NCBI RefSeq assembly: GCF_003044035.1
Contig: NZ_NVQC01000023.1
Location: 1 to 32,000 of the forward strand
Reading direction: 5' to 3'
Source of the DNA: Candidatus Methylomirabilis limnetica
Lineage (GTDB): Bacteria > Methylomirabilota > Methylomirabilia > Methylomirabilales > Methylomirabilaceae
DNA: 32,000 nucleotides
A program made the translations under genes and the position numbers. The notes under the pieces were generated by a model that saw nothing but the letters and a program-made list of their open reading frames with translations, did not search any database and had not been told where the DNA came from. Positions 9,412-17,831 of the stretch are shown one piece after another (the stretch's first letter is position 1; every line of letters starts with the position of its first letter).

Positions 9412-10056
9412 ATGTTGCCTTCTATTGATCTGTCGGCCTACACTGCAAACATCCCGCCAAAGCAAAGGGTTGCTCTCGGCATCATATTCGCCATTCTAGT
9501 GGCCATGGGCTACTGGCAGTTCTTCCTCAGGTCGGAGTGGACTACACGGAGCGAGGTTCAAGCTGAACTACTGCAGTTGAGATCAAAGGCGGAGCAGAGC
9601 AGGCAGATCGCGAGCCAAAGACCGCATCTGGAACAAGATGTCAAGTTGCTGGAGGCGCGCCTCCAGCGTGAGATCCAGAGGCTTCCGGCCGAAAAGGAGA
9701 TCCCGTCGTTGCTAAAACGGGTTGCCAGTCTAGGCCAGGAGGCGGATCTGGACGTCACCTTGTTCAAGCCCGGCGCCACGGTGATGAAGGAGTTCTATGC
9801 TGAGATTCCAGTGCAACTCAAGGTAGCGGGGACATACCATGACCTTGGGCTACTCTTTGAGCGGCTTGGTCGATTGGAACGAATTGTGAACGTGGCCGAC
9901 CTGACCATCCGCCCGGCAGTGAAAGGCCAGAGGGCTGGGGACAGCATCCAGGCTGAGTTTGGTGTGGTGACCTACACCTACCAAGCGACGGCGCTCGGGG
10001 CAGACTCAGGCAAAGCGGGAGCGAAGAGTGGTGAGGCTGCAAGTGCGGCAAAATAG
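9412..10056 (+). CDS. pilO: Type IV pilus assembly protein PilO
   Basis: 214 aa. N-terminal TM helix and coiled coil, with a C-terminal EIPVQLKVAGTYHDLGLLFERLGRLERIV block typical of PilO. Confidence 0.85.
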   Translation: MLPSIDLSAYTANIPPKQRVALGIIFAILVAMGYWQFFLRSEWTTRSEVQAELLQLRSKAEQSRQIASQRPHLEQDVKLLEARLQREIQRLPAEKEIPSLLKRVASLGQEADLDVTLFKPGATVMKEFYAEIPVQLKVAGTYHDLGLLFERLGRLERIVNVADLTIRPAVKGQRAGDSIQAEFGVVTYTYQATALGADSGKAGAKSGEAASAAK

Positions 10057-10111
10057 GCTCCCGTGCAAGCCTGTCCTAGAGCGCTCTAATCGAGGAACGT
10101 CTGTTGGCAGC

Positions 10112-10588
10112 ATGGTAATCTTCATCCTTGTGACTGCCACGGCCTGCGGCAGGGATACGACGCTGCCCACGCCTTTCCCTGCCCAGAGCCTGCCCCAGCC
10201 TGTGCCCCGCGTCGCCTCCCCAACTCAAGAGGTGAAGGATGGTCCCTTCGATGGAACTCAGGATAGACCTGCTACGTATCAGTCCCGGGGGCGCCGCGAT
10301 CCGTTTCGGCTGCCTCGGGTCATGACGTCAGAAATGCTCCCGACAGTGCATCTCAAGCTGACTGGTATTATCCGGGAAGTCCGCTCCTACTACGCATTGG
10401 TGGAGTCGGACTCCTCACCAGGCATGGGGTACGTCATCCGGGAAAACGACATCGTTGATTCGGCAAAAGTCGTCAAGATCACCAAGGATAGTGTAAAATT
10501 TGAGGTGCAAACGAAGAATTCGGAGGGGAAGTTGCTTACCGGATACGTAGAGAAACATATGCCAGTAGAATCAATGAAATCGCAATGA
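10112..10588 (+). CDS. pilP: Type IV pilus assembly protein PilP-like (probable lipoprotein)
   Basis: C-terminal VHLKLTGIIREVRSYYALVES...YVIRENDIVDSAKVVKITKDSVKFEV resembles the PilP beta-domain. MVIFILVTATAC suggests a lipoprotein signal. The longest ORF form starts at 10028 and overlaps pilO. Confidence 0.7.
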   Translation: MVIFILVTATACGRDTTLPTPFPAQSLPQPVPRVASPTQEVKDGPFDGTQDRPATYQSRGRRDPFRLPRVMTSEMLPTVHLKLTGIIREVRSYYALVESDSSPGMGYVIRENDIVDSAKVVKITKDSVKFEVQTKNSEGKLLTGYVEKHMPVESMKSQ

Positions 10589-13194
10589 AGATGATCAGAG
10601 ACAATAACGCAGCACGAAAGCGCTCGCTTGCTGGCGTAATCCTCCTGGTGATTTCTACAGCATGTGCTACCACAGAGGTTCCGACGGACAGGGCGCTGCA
10701 GCAGCCCTCAGGTGATCCATCCTCGCTGACCGCCTCTTCTGCGGCGCAAGCCGTCGATGTGACCGGCGTGCAGGTCCGGGTACAGGGGCCAGGCGAGGCG
10801 TCCATCATTATCACGGCGGATGGGACGCTGGTCGATTATGCATCGTTCGCGGAGCACGACCCGCCCCGCCTCGTCGTCGATCTGCCACACGCCATAAACG
10901 CGATCAGCCGGCCCGTCAACCTGCCGGCCGACTCTCCCATCTTACGGATCCAGACGATGCAGATCCCGCAAGGTCCCATCCCAGGCCTCCGCCTGGTGTT
11001 AGACCTCAAACAGATGCTGCCGTATCGCGTGGAGTTGATCGGCAACAGCTTGCTGCTTCTGATCAGCGCTGAGGTCTCTGAGTTAGCCCCAGTGGCGCAA
11101 GAGCCTACGGAACTGGAACGGGTCGCCGAGCCTATGGTGAGCCCAGTCGAACCAGTGGATGAGGTGGCTCGTGGCGTGAAGCCGACGGTGTCCACGATGG
11201 TGGCGAAGCTAGCAGCCGACACTGACCAATCGGTCCCGCCATCGGAAAAGCCCCATCCTTCCGCGCCCACAGAAGGATCGGCGAAAAAGCCTGTGGCGAG
11301 TCCCGTCGAAGGAGCGGAAACAGGGTCGGTGCAGGCCGCGCAGCCTCCAGCCGCATCACCTCCTGCCGCGAAAGGGGAAACGCCACCGCCACTCCCGAAA
11401 AACCCCACTGCCCTGGCAGCGGCTAAACGGCCCAGCCGTAAGGCGAGCGGAGGAGCAGGACAGGAGGCGCCCCCGTTGCCTTCGGCGGCCGCCACACAAC
11501 CGATTGCGCCGGTACCTGCAACGCCAAAAGTCGCTGCCGCCAACAAGCGGTTGTCGTTGGTTTTCAAGGATGCTGATCTCGATGAGATCCTGCGGACGGT
11601 AATCCGTGAGGCTAGCGGATTGAATATAGTACTTGCCCATAAGCTCCCGAAGGAAAAACGACAAGTGACCGTTCGGCTTGATAATGTCGAGTGGCGTCAG
11701 GCGCTCGATGTCATCCTCCGCAGCCTGGATCTCAGCTATGAGCAGGACGGCAATGTGCTCTATGTCGGCCCAACGACTGATATCCGAAAGAGCAAGGATG
11801 ATCGGGTAAAGGGTATCGAGGAGGCGATGCGAATTAAGGAGGCGACGGAGCTCAAAGACTTGCGCATAAAGGAGGCGACGGAGCTCAAAGACTTGCGAAT
11901 GGAGGAAGAGAAGCGGAAGGTTGAGGATGCAAAGAGAAAGGCTGAAGAAGAAGACCGGCTTTGGGCTAATGAGCCTCCATGTACGAAGGTGATTCGTTTG
12001 GCGCATACGAAAGCCCCGGACGTGAAAAAACTTCTAGAAAAGCACAAGACGGTGCGGGGAAGCATTGAACTGGAGGAGACGACCAACACCCTGATTGTGA
12101 TTGATGTGGAATCTCGCTGCCTGAAGATGGCCGCCCTCGCCAAAGAACTGGATATGCCGCCGAAAGATCCCTTTGTGACCAAGCTGCTGCCGTTTAATTA
12201 CGCGAAGGCGGCCGACCTGAAAACACACCTGACTGCGCTGAAGACGACGCAAGGCAGCGTGATCGTCGATGAGCGCTCGAGCCGAATCATCGTGAAGGAC
12301 CTCCCCGAGAGCGTCGAGAGGATAGAGACGTTTTTGAAGCAGGTCGACATTCCGACGCCCCAGGTCCTGATCGAGGCGCGCATCGTCGAGGCCTCTCGCA
12401 GCTTCTCGCAGAGCGTCGGGATTCAATGGGGTGGGGCGGGGATTCCCACAACACCAGGGAGTAAAACGGGGGTGACGACCTTCGGCGGAAGCGGTACTCC
12501 TGGTTTGGTTAAATTCCCCACGCTCACGCCGACCCCTGGTACACTACCGTCCAGTACTGGAGGCGGTGTCCCTTTCTTAGGGCCGGTGCCGCTCGCGCTG
12601 AATCTTCCAGCGGTCGCCGCAGGCGCCAACCCGTTCGTTCTCGGGGCGACAATCGGGAGCCTCGCAAATCGATTCCTTGTGGGGGTACAGCTTTCTGCTG
12701 CGGAGCGTGAAGGAAAGATTAGGACCCTGTCGTCGCCGAGAGTGGCGACCCAGGACAACGAGGAGGCCGAGATCAAACAAGGGACGCAGGTCCCCTATAC
12801 CACGATCGACAGCTCCGGCAGAACGGTTGTCATGTTCCAGGAGGCCTTCATTAAACTGAAAGTGAAGCCGCACATTACACCGGACGGGCGGGTCTCGATG
12901 AAGGTTGAGGCGGAGCGTTCCTTCGCGGGAGACGTCATTAGCGGCCCCTTTGGATTTGTTTTCCCCATCAACACTCGCAAGGCCACGACCAACATCCTGA
13001 TTCAGAACGGTTCCACCGTGGTGATCGGTGGTCTCCTTCAGTCAAACGAGTCGATCGGTACAGATCGAGTGCCGTTTTTTGGCAACATCCCGGGTTTGGG
13101 CTGGCTCTTCAAGCGGCAGTCGCTCGGTCCCGATGAGCGCGTGGAGCTTCTGATTTTCCTTACGCCCTCTATCCTCTACGAGTCACGGCTCTAG
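10585..13194 (+). CDS. pilQ: Type IV pilus secretin PilQ (869 aa) with an AMIN-like N-terminal domain, a long Pro/Ala-rich linker and a charged insertion
   Basis: The C-terminal block PQVLIEARIVEA...LSSPRVATQDNEEAEIKQGTQVPY...TVVIGGLL...VPFFGNIPGLGWLFK...ELLIFLTPSI is a canonical secretin domain. The gene sits after pilMNOP. Confidence 0.92.
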   Translation: MKMIRDNNAARKRSLAGVILLVISTACATTEVPTDRALQQPSGDPSSLTASSAAQAVDVTGVQVRVQGPGEASIIITADGTLVDYASFAEHDPPRLVVDLPHAINAISRPVNLPADSPILRIQTMQIPQGPIPGLRLVLDLKQMLPYRVELIGNSLLLLISAEVSELAPVAQEPTELERVAEPMVSPVEPVDEVARGVKPTVSTMVAKLAADTDQSVPPSEKPHPSAPTEGSAKKPVASPVEGAETGSVQAAQPPAASPPAAKGETPPPLPKNPTALAAAKRPSRKASGGAGQEAPPLPSAAATQPIAPVPATPKVAAANKRLSLVFKDADLDEILRTVIREASGLNIVLAHKLPKEKRQVTVRLDNVEWRQALDVILRSLDLSYEQDGNVLYVGPTTDIRKSKDDRVKGIEEAMRIKEATELKDLRIKEATELKDLRMEEEKRKVEDAKRKAEEEDRLWANEPPCTKVIRLAHTKAPDVKKLLEKHKTVRGSIELEETTNTLIVIDVESRCLKMAALAKELDMPPKDPFVTKLLPFNYAKAADLKTHLTALKTTQGSVIVDERSSRIIVKDLPESVERIETFLKQVDIPTPQVLIEARIVEASRSFSQSVGIQWGGAGIPTTPGSKTGVTTFGGSGTPGLVKFPTLTPTPGTLPSSTGGGVPFLGPVPLALNLPAVAAGANPFVLGATIGSLANRFLVGVQLSAAEREGKIRTLSSPRVATQDNEEAEIKQGTQVPYTTIDSSGRTVVMFQEAFIKLKVKPHITPDGRVSMKVEAERSFAGDVISGPFGFVFPINTRKATTNILIQNGSTVVIGGLLQSNESIGTDRVPFFGNIPGLGWLFKRQSLGPDERVELLIFLTPSILYESRL
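11833..11898 (+). repeat. In-frame tandem duplication of 33 bp (2 copies) inside pilQ, encoding IKEATELKDLR twice
   Basis: 11833-11865 attaaggaggcgacggagctcaaagacttgcgc and 11866-11898 ataaaggaggcgacggagctcaaagacttgcga. A 29-nt core is identical. Confidence 0.9.
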
Positions 13195-13225
13195 GACTGC
13201 GCGAGCTTCTGGCGGGGTGGTAAAA

Positions 13226-13981
13226 ATGAGGTTGCTTCAGCACAGGCGCAGGAAATCATCTCTCGTTTTCACGGTAGTATTAGGGATGCTCCTCTGGTCC
13301 TCAGCGCCGCCCCACGCCGAGCAGGCAGATCCTGCCGACCCTTGCGCAGCGATACGAGAGCAGATGTCAGCGCATATCGCTCTCGGAACCCCCGATGACC
13401 TCATCAGACTTCAGGATGTCTTCAACAAGGCTGAACGGGAACTTGGCAGATTACAGCTCAAGGCTCCTACCGAGGTTTCTCCACAGTTCGCGGAAAAACA
13501 GTACGACCTCAAAGAGCAGCAGAATCGTCTGGTTGAGTCAGGGTTGGTGCTTCGCCACCTTGACCGTTCCGGCGAGGAGACGCCGATAGCTGGGGTCGAT
13601 CGCCCAAGCGCCGAGGAGCATGCGTCTCTTAGCGATGAGCTCTCAGGGCGCATCAAAGCGCTACAGACGACCATTGGAGCACTTGAAAAGGAGATCCGAT
13701 TAGACCAGGATAAGTACCGTCAGTGTCTTGTAGCTGAGCGGAATAATCTCGCAGCGCTCCTTACTGCGCGGCGAGTAGATCTGCTTGCAAGGTATGCGGA
13801 GTTCCATGACTGTCATGCTGCCGACGAACCGTGCCTGCAGTACAAGCTCAGTGTACTCTGTGATCTGAAGCCGCTTGTGTCAGGGGCGGAGAGACTCCCC
13901 ATCCTTCGCCTCATTGCTGAGGTTAGGAGCCGACTCAATGTCGGGGAACTGACTGAGTCAATAAGCTGCGAGAGCCGCTAG
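13226..13981 (+). CDS. Hypothetical secreted protein, helical or coiled-coil, Cys-containing
   Basis: MRLLQHRRRKSSLVFTVVLGMLLWSSAPPHAEQ looks like a signal peptide. ATG 13226 follows ggggtgg, and the longest form starts at GTG 13217. I recognise no family. Confidence 0.6.
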   Translation: MRLLQHRRRKSSLVFTVVLGMLLWSSAPPHAEQADPADPCAAIREQMSAHIALGTPDDLIRLQDVFNKAERELGRLQLKAPTEVSPQFAEKQYDLKEQQNRLVESGLVLRHLDRSGEETPIAGVDRPSAEEHASLSDELSGRIKALQTTIGALEKEIRLDQDKYRQCLVAERNNLAALLTARRVDLLARYAEFHDCHAADEPCLQYKLSVLCDLKPLVSGAERLPILRLIAEVRSRLNVGELTESISCESR

Positions 13982-13985
13982 CGCA

Positions 13986-14819
13986 ATGATAAAGAAGCGT
14001 CACACAACAATACTGGCTATCGCGCTCGTCCTTGGGTCGTTCTCCGCCTCGGATGCTGAATACCTCATCTATCTTAAGGGAGGGCATTTCATCGTGGCTG
14101 ATGATTGCACCTTTCGGGTTCGCAAGGAGGTTGGGAAAACTCCTGAAGGTGACGAGCGGTCAATCCTCACGGAAGACTGCACGAAGGGGAAGCCAGAGGG
14201 GCAAATCTTTTGGAGTACGATCAATGGGAACTTCGGAGAGGTGAGCGCCGATGATGCCTATGCCATCTTCGGAACAAAAAGCCTCCTGCCGATCAAGCTG
14301 TCTGGTACCACCATGCCCCTGGAAGACTACCTGATCACCAACCGGGGCGATAGCTTTGTGAACTCCAAGGGGGTTCCAGAAGAAAATGGTGCGGAGGTCT
14401 ATGGGATGAAGCGAGACGAGCTGATCAAGGTCGATCGGCGAGGCGTCATCGAGATTGCCCCTGAACGTTTGGCAAAGAGCCGATCTGAGGGGCTTTGTCC
14501 CGGGCAAAAGGTGGAATTTGGCGTTAGTGAAACCGAGTTGGTCGGAGACCATCTCCTAGGTGTCATCACAAATCTTTCGAAGGAACCGTGGGCTCCACAG
14601 ATTGAGGTTGAAATCCGAGTGAAAGGGCGACGTAAGGGAAAGTTCCCGGTTAAAGATTCGAATGTCCTTGATCCTTATGAGTCCACTTCATTTGATGAGC
14701 AGTTGAAAGCTAAAGACATCGATAAACTGGAGTGGCTGAAGCTGTACTTCAAGGACCCAGAAGCCCCCGTTAAGCTTTGCTATCGAAAGCTACAGACAGG
14801 AACAAAAGGGTCCAACTGA
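13986..14819 (+). CDS. Hypothetical secreted protein
   Basis: 277 aa. MIKKRHTTILAIALVLGSFSASDAEY is signal-peptide-like. It starts 4 nt after the previous stop and I recognise no family. Lower G+C than the flanks (27-31 of 60 in spot counts). Confidence 0.6.
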   Translation: MIKKRHTTILAIALVLGSFSASDAEYLIYLKGGHFIVADDCTFRVRKEVGKTPEGDERSILTEDCTKGKPEGQIFWSTINGNFGEVSADDAYAIFGTKSLLPIKLSGTTMPLEDYLITNRGDSFVNSKGVPEENGAEVYGMKRDELIKVDRRGVIEIAPERLAKSRSEGLCPGQKVEFGVSETELVGDHLLGVITNLSKEPWAPQIEVEIRVKGRRKGKFPVKDSNVLDPYESTSFDEQLKAKDIDKLEWLKLYFKDPEAPVKLCYRKLQTGTKGSN

Positions 14820-14968
14820 GAAAGCGTCCACCATGCAGTCCCCCAGGTAGTACGAGCCACCAGAGAGCCCTTTCTGTAAGCGATCGCTCCTTGCCCTTCT
14901 TTCAAGCCGCTTGGCGCCAAGGTTTCCCCTTTTTTCCACTCGGTAGTTGGGGTAAAATACAGATCAAG

Positions 14969-15793
14969 GTGAGAAGTGTGGATGGACTAATGATGCCTGT
15001 GTCTTTGACCGCCAGGATTCTCACTGTGGTGACTTGGGCCATGCTGGCTTGGGCCCTCGGCCCACCGCCCAACCTCTTGGCCGACGGTGGGCCGACGATC
15101 CTCTCGCTCGGTGATGACTCTTACGTTACCTGGTCGGAGGTGGAGTCGAGGACTGGCGCGGTAGTCAGGCGCGAACTCGGGGATTCCCTTCTAGCCGCTT
15201 TCTCGGTGGTTGTCCTCTCGAACGTGAACTACGATAGCCTACCGGAGGCGGTGCGCGACGGACTTGCAGACTATCTGGCGCGCGGGGGTTCGTTGCTGGT
15301 GAGCGGTGGCAAACAGTCTTACGGGAGTGGAGGGTATGCCGGCACAGCGTTAGGGGACCTTTTGCCGCTGAAGCCGTCGCGGGATGACTGGCTGCCTCAC
15401 CCGTTCGGTCCGACGCTTATCCTGCAGCCCGACCATCCGATCCTGAGAGGAGTAGTAATCCTGACAATGGCCTTCTTTAACGAACTCGACCCAGGCAGCG
15501 GTGCGGTGGAGATTGCTCAGTACCGCAAAGGCTCCAAGGCCGCCTTTGCTGGCGGGGGAAACCCCGGTGGCGGAGAGATTCAAGGGGGCGGGCGTCGTCC
15601 AATGCCGCTTATTGCTGAGCGCAGCATCGGTTCTGGAACCATCCTGGCGATTGCGATGGACATGACACTCACCGGGGACTGGAATGACCGGAATCGTTTT
15701 GCGCAGAACTGCATCGAGTATCTGCTTCAGCGCTCCAGGATCGAGCCTGTCAAACTACTAAAGGAACCGGCAAAGGAATCGGTGACAGAGTGA
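14969..15793 (+). CDS. Hypothetical exported protein with a class I glutamine-amidotransferase-like (DUF1355-type) fold signature
   Basis: The block VVVLSNVNYDSLPEAVRDGLADYLARGGSLLVSGGKQSYGSGGYAGTALGDLLPLKP resembles GATase1-like domains of uncharacterised membrane or exported proteins (from memory). The start is uncertain: GTG 14969, GTG 14978 or ATG 14990. The ORF track's TTG 14777 overlaps the previous gene and is unlikely. Confidence 0.55.
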   Translation: MRSVDGLMMPVSLTARILTVVTWAMLAWALGPPPNLLADGGPTILSLGDDSYVTWSEVESRTGAVVRRELGDSLLAAFSVVVLSNVNYDSLPEAVRDGLADYLARGGSLLVSGGKQSYGSGGYAGTALGDLLPLKPSRDDWLPHPFGPTLILQPDHPILRGVVILTMAFFNELDPGSGAVEIAQYRKGSKAAFAGGGNPGGGEIQGGGRRPMPLIAERSIGSGTILAIAMDMTLTGDWNDRNRFAQNCIEYLLQRSRIEPVKLLKEPAKESVTE

Positions 15794-15797
15794 TGGC

Positions 15798-16961
15798 ATG
15801 TTACGCTATCTGACGGCGGGCGAATCCCACGGTCCGATGCTGACCGCAATCCTGGAGGGTATCCCAGCCAATCTTCCGCTTGCCGTCGAGGAGATCACCC
15901 TAGACCTCGCGAGAAGACAGCAGGGATACGGACGCGGGGGCAGGATGCGAATCGAGAAGGATGAGGCCAACATCGTGGGCGGTGTTCGCCACGGTTTGAC
16001 TATGGGTGGACCGATCGCGATCCTGATTGCGAACCGCGATTGGGAAAACTGGAAGCTCACGATGGACCCAACGCCTACGGGGAGGGAAGCTGATCCAAAA
16101 GGGCCAGTCACTCGTCCAAGACCAGGACACGCGGATTTGGCTGGAGCTCTCAAGTACGGGCAGCAGGATATCCGCAATGTGCTGGAGCGCGCCAGCGCCA
16201 GGGAGACGACCGCCCGTGTGGCAGTCGGGGCCGTCTGCAAACGCTTGCTGCTGCAGTTTGGTGTTGAGGTGTTCAGTCATGTCGTTGGGATCGGTACCGT
16301 CGTGGCCAAGACGGATGGCCTCTCGTTTGCGGAGATCCGAGAGCGCGCCGAGGTCTCGCCAGTACGATGCGCGGATCAGCAGGCGGGTGAGGCGATGATG
16401 CGGAAGATCGACGAGGCCAGGAGCAAGGGCACGAGCCTGGGAGGCGTGTTCGAGGTGGTGGCGCTCAATCCGCCGGTAGGGCTCGGCAGTTATGTCCACT
16501 GGGACTGTAAACTCGACGGTCGGCTTGCCCAGGCTGTCATGAGCATCCAGGCAATCAAAGGCGTGGAGATCGGTATGGGCTTTGAGGGCGCCCGGTGCTT
16601 CGGGTCCGAGGCCCATGATGAGATCTTCTACGAGGATGGTCGCTTCATGCGGAGGACCAACCGGGCCGGTGGGCTTGAGGGGGGGATGTCGAACGGCGAG
16701 CCGATTCTTGTGCGTGGCGCAATGAAGCCGATTGCCACGCAGTACGCCCCGATGGCCTCAGTAGATCTCTGTACGAAAGAGCCATTTAAAGCGAGTATCG
16801 AGCGATCCGATATCTGCGCTGTCCCCGCCGCCGGGGTGATTGGGGAGGCCGTGGTGGCGTATGAGATTGCCCGGGCATTTACGGAAAAGTTCGGCGGCGA
16901 CAGCCTGGAGGAGATGACACGCAATTATCAGGGATATCTCACGTCGGTTCGCGAACGTTAG
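15798..16961 (+). CDS. aroC: Chorismate synthase
   Basis: 387 aa. MLRYLTAGESHGP and RPGHADL motifs. Starts 4 nt after the preceding stop. Confidence 0.95.
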   Translation: MLRYLTAGESHGPMLTAILEGIPANLPLAVEEITLDLARRQQGYGRGGRMRIEKDEANIVGGVRHGLTMGGPIAILIANRDWENWKLTMDPTPTGREADPKGPVTRPRPGHADLAGALKYGQQDIRNVLERASARETTARVAVGAVCKRLLLQFGVEVFSHVVGIGTVVAKTDGLSFAEIRERAEVSPVRCADQQAGEAMMRKIDEARSKGTSLGGVFEVVALNPPVGLGSYVHWDCKLDGRLAQAVMSIQAIKGVEIGMGFEGARCFGSEAHDEIFYEDGRFMRRTNRAGGLEGGMSNGEPILVRGAMKPIATQYAPMASVDLCTKEPFKASIERSDICAVPAAGVIGEAVVAYEIARAFTEKFGGDSLEEMTRNYQGYLTSVRER

Positions 16962-16990
16962 TGTAGCGTCTCAGAAATGCCTTGTACAAT

Positions 16991-17244
16991 CCGTTCGTGG
17001 TGAGCTGGTCGAACCCATGAGCTACCCCGCAGCAAGCTACGGGGTGTCGTCTTCTGTTCTGGCCCGTCATTCCGTGCTTGACGAGCCTGCCCCGTACTTG
17101 ATACGGGGGAATCCAGTCGGGCCCGCTGGATACCGGCTTCCGCCGGTATGACGAACTCGCGGCAAGCCGCGGGGTATCGACCCTCAACGGAATGAACGGA
17201 ACCTATTGAAATGCTTCACCCTTCGACTGGCTCAGGGCGAACGG
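16991..17244. repeat. Composite MITE-like element: a roughly 159-bp core (17017-17175, copy A) bracketed by imperfect inverted repeats ccgttcgtggtgagctggtcgaa / ttcgactggctcagggcgaacgg
   Basis: The core is near-identical to 20010-20169. Internal hairpins are ccccgta-cttga-tacgggg (17090-17108) and ataccggc-ttcc-gccggtat (17130-17149). The terminal arms match at 18 of 23 positions. Confidence 0.8.
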
Positions 17245-17274
17245 AATGCGTAAAGAAGCGTTGGTTACACTGAC

Positions 17275-17820
17275 ATGAAGATTGTACTTACCGGGTTTAT
17301 GGGGACAGGGAAAACCGTTGTAGGCCGTCATCTGGCCGAACGGCTTGCGCTGCCCTTTATCGATCTGGACGACGCCATAGAAGCGGCGGCGAGCATGGCG
17401 ATTCCGGAGATCTTTGCCTCGGAGGGAGAGTCGGGCTTCAGGCGGAGAGAACGAGAGTTGATTGCGAGTATGGCGAATCGCGGGAGCTGTGTCGTTGCCA
17501 CAGGCGGCGGTGCCGTGCTCGATCCCGAGAATGTCCGGAACCTCAGAACAGGCGCGTTCCTCGTCTGCCTTGTGGCCGAGCCCGCTGTCATCCTGCAGCG
17601 GCTGGGAACCGATGTCCGCCGTCCCCTTTTACAGAGTTCGGACCGACTCGCCAGAATTCGGGAGCTGCTGGAACAGCGAGGCCCTGCCTATGCCCAGGCG
17701 GATCTCTCTATTGAGACGAGCGGGGCCGATGTGGAGGAGATCGTAGATCGGATTATTCAGCAGCTCCGCCTCCAGGCAGGACTCTCTCCCAGTCCCTCCC
17801 CTTTAATAAGGGGGAGGTGA
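17275..17820 (+). CDS. aroK: Shikimate kinase
   Basis: 181 aa. Walker A GFMGTGKTVVG and FIDLDD. The C-terminal tail SPSPSPLIRGR is encoded by a palindromic repeat-like sequence. Confidence 0.92.
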   Translation: MKIVLTGFMGTGKTVVGRHLAERLALPFIDLDDAIEAAASMAIPEIFASEGESGFRRRERELIASMANRGSCVVATGGGAVLDPENVRNLRTGAFLVCLVAEPAVILQRLGTDVRRPLLQSSDRLARIRELLEQRGPAYAQADLSIETSGADVEEIVDRIIQQLRLQAGLSPSPSPLIRGR

Positions 17821-17831
17821 GGAGGGGGTTG

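Noticed and set aside
14910-14921. Perfect 12-bp palindrome cttggcgccaag in the 150-nt gap before the third unknown ORF, and a taaaat hexamer (about 14953), considered as an operator and promoter.
   Set aside because: There is no acceptable -35 at 16-18 nt spacing, and a single 12-bp palindrome in GC-rich DNA is weak evidence. It is noted only as a place to look if a TSS maps here.
16939-17187. ORFs translating the repeat elements: 16939-17187 (-), 20007-20219 (-), 19732-20160 (-), 21100-21360 (-), 21367-21594 (-), 27279-27464 (+).
   Set aside because: Their only similarity to each other is through the shared repeat DNA (for example DWIPPYQVRGRLVKHGMTGQNRRR in two of them). They span palindromes and intergenic spacers, so they are repeat read-through and not genes.
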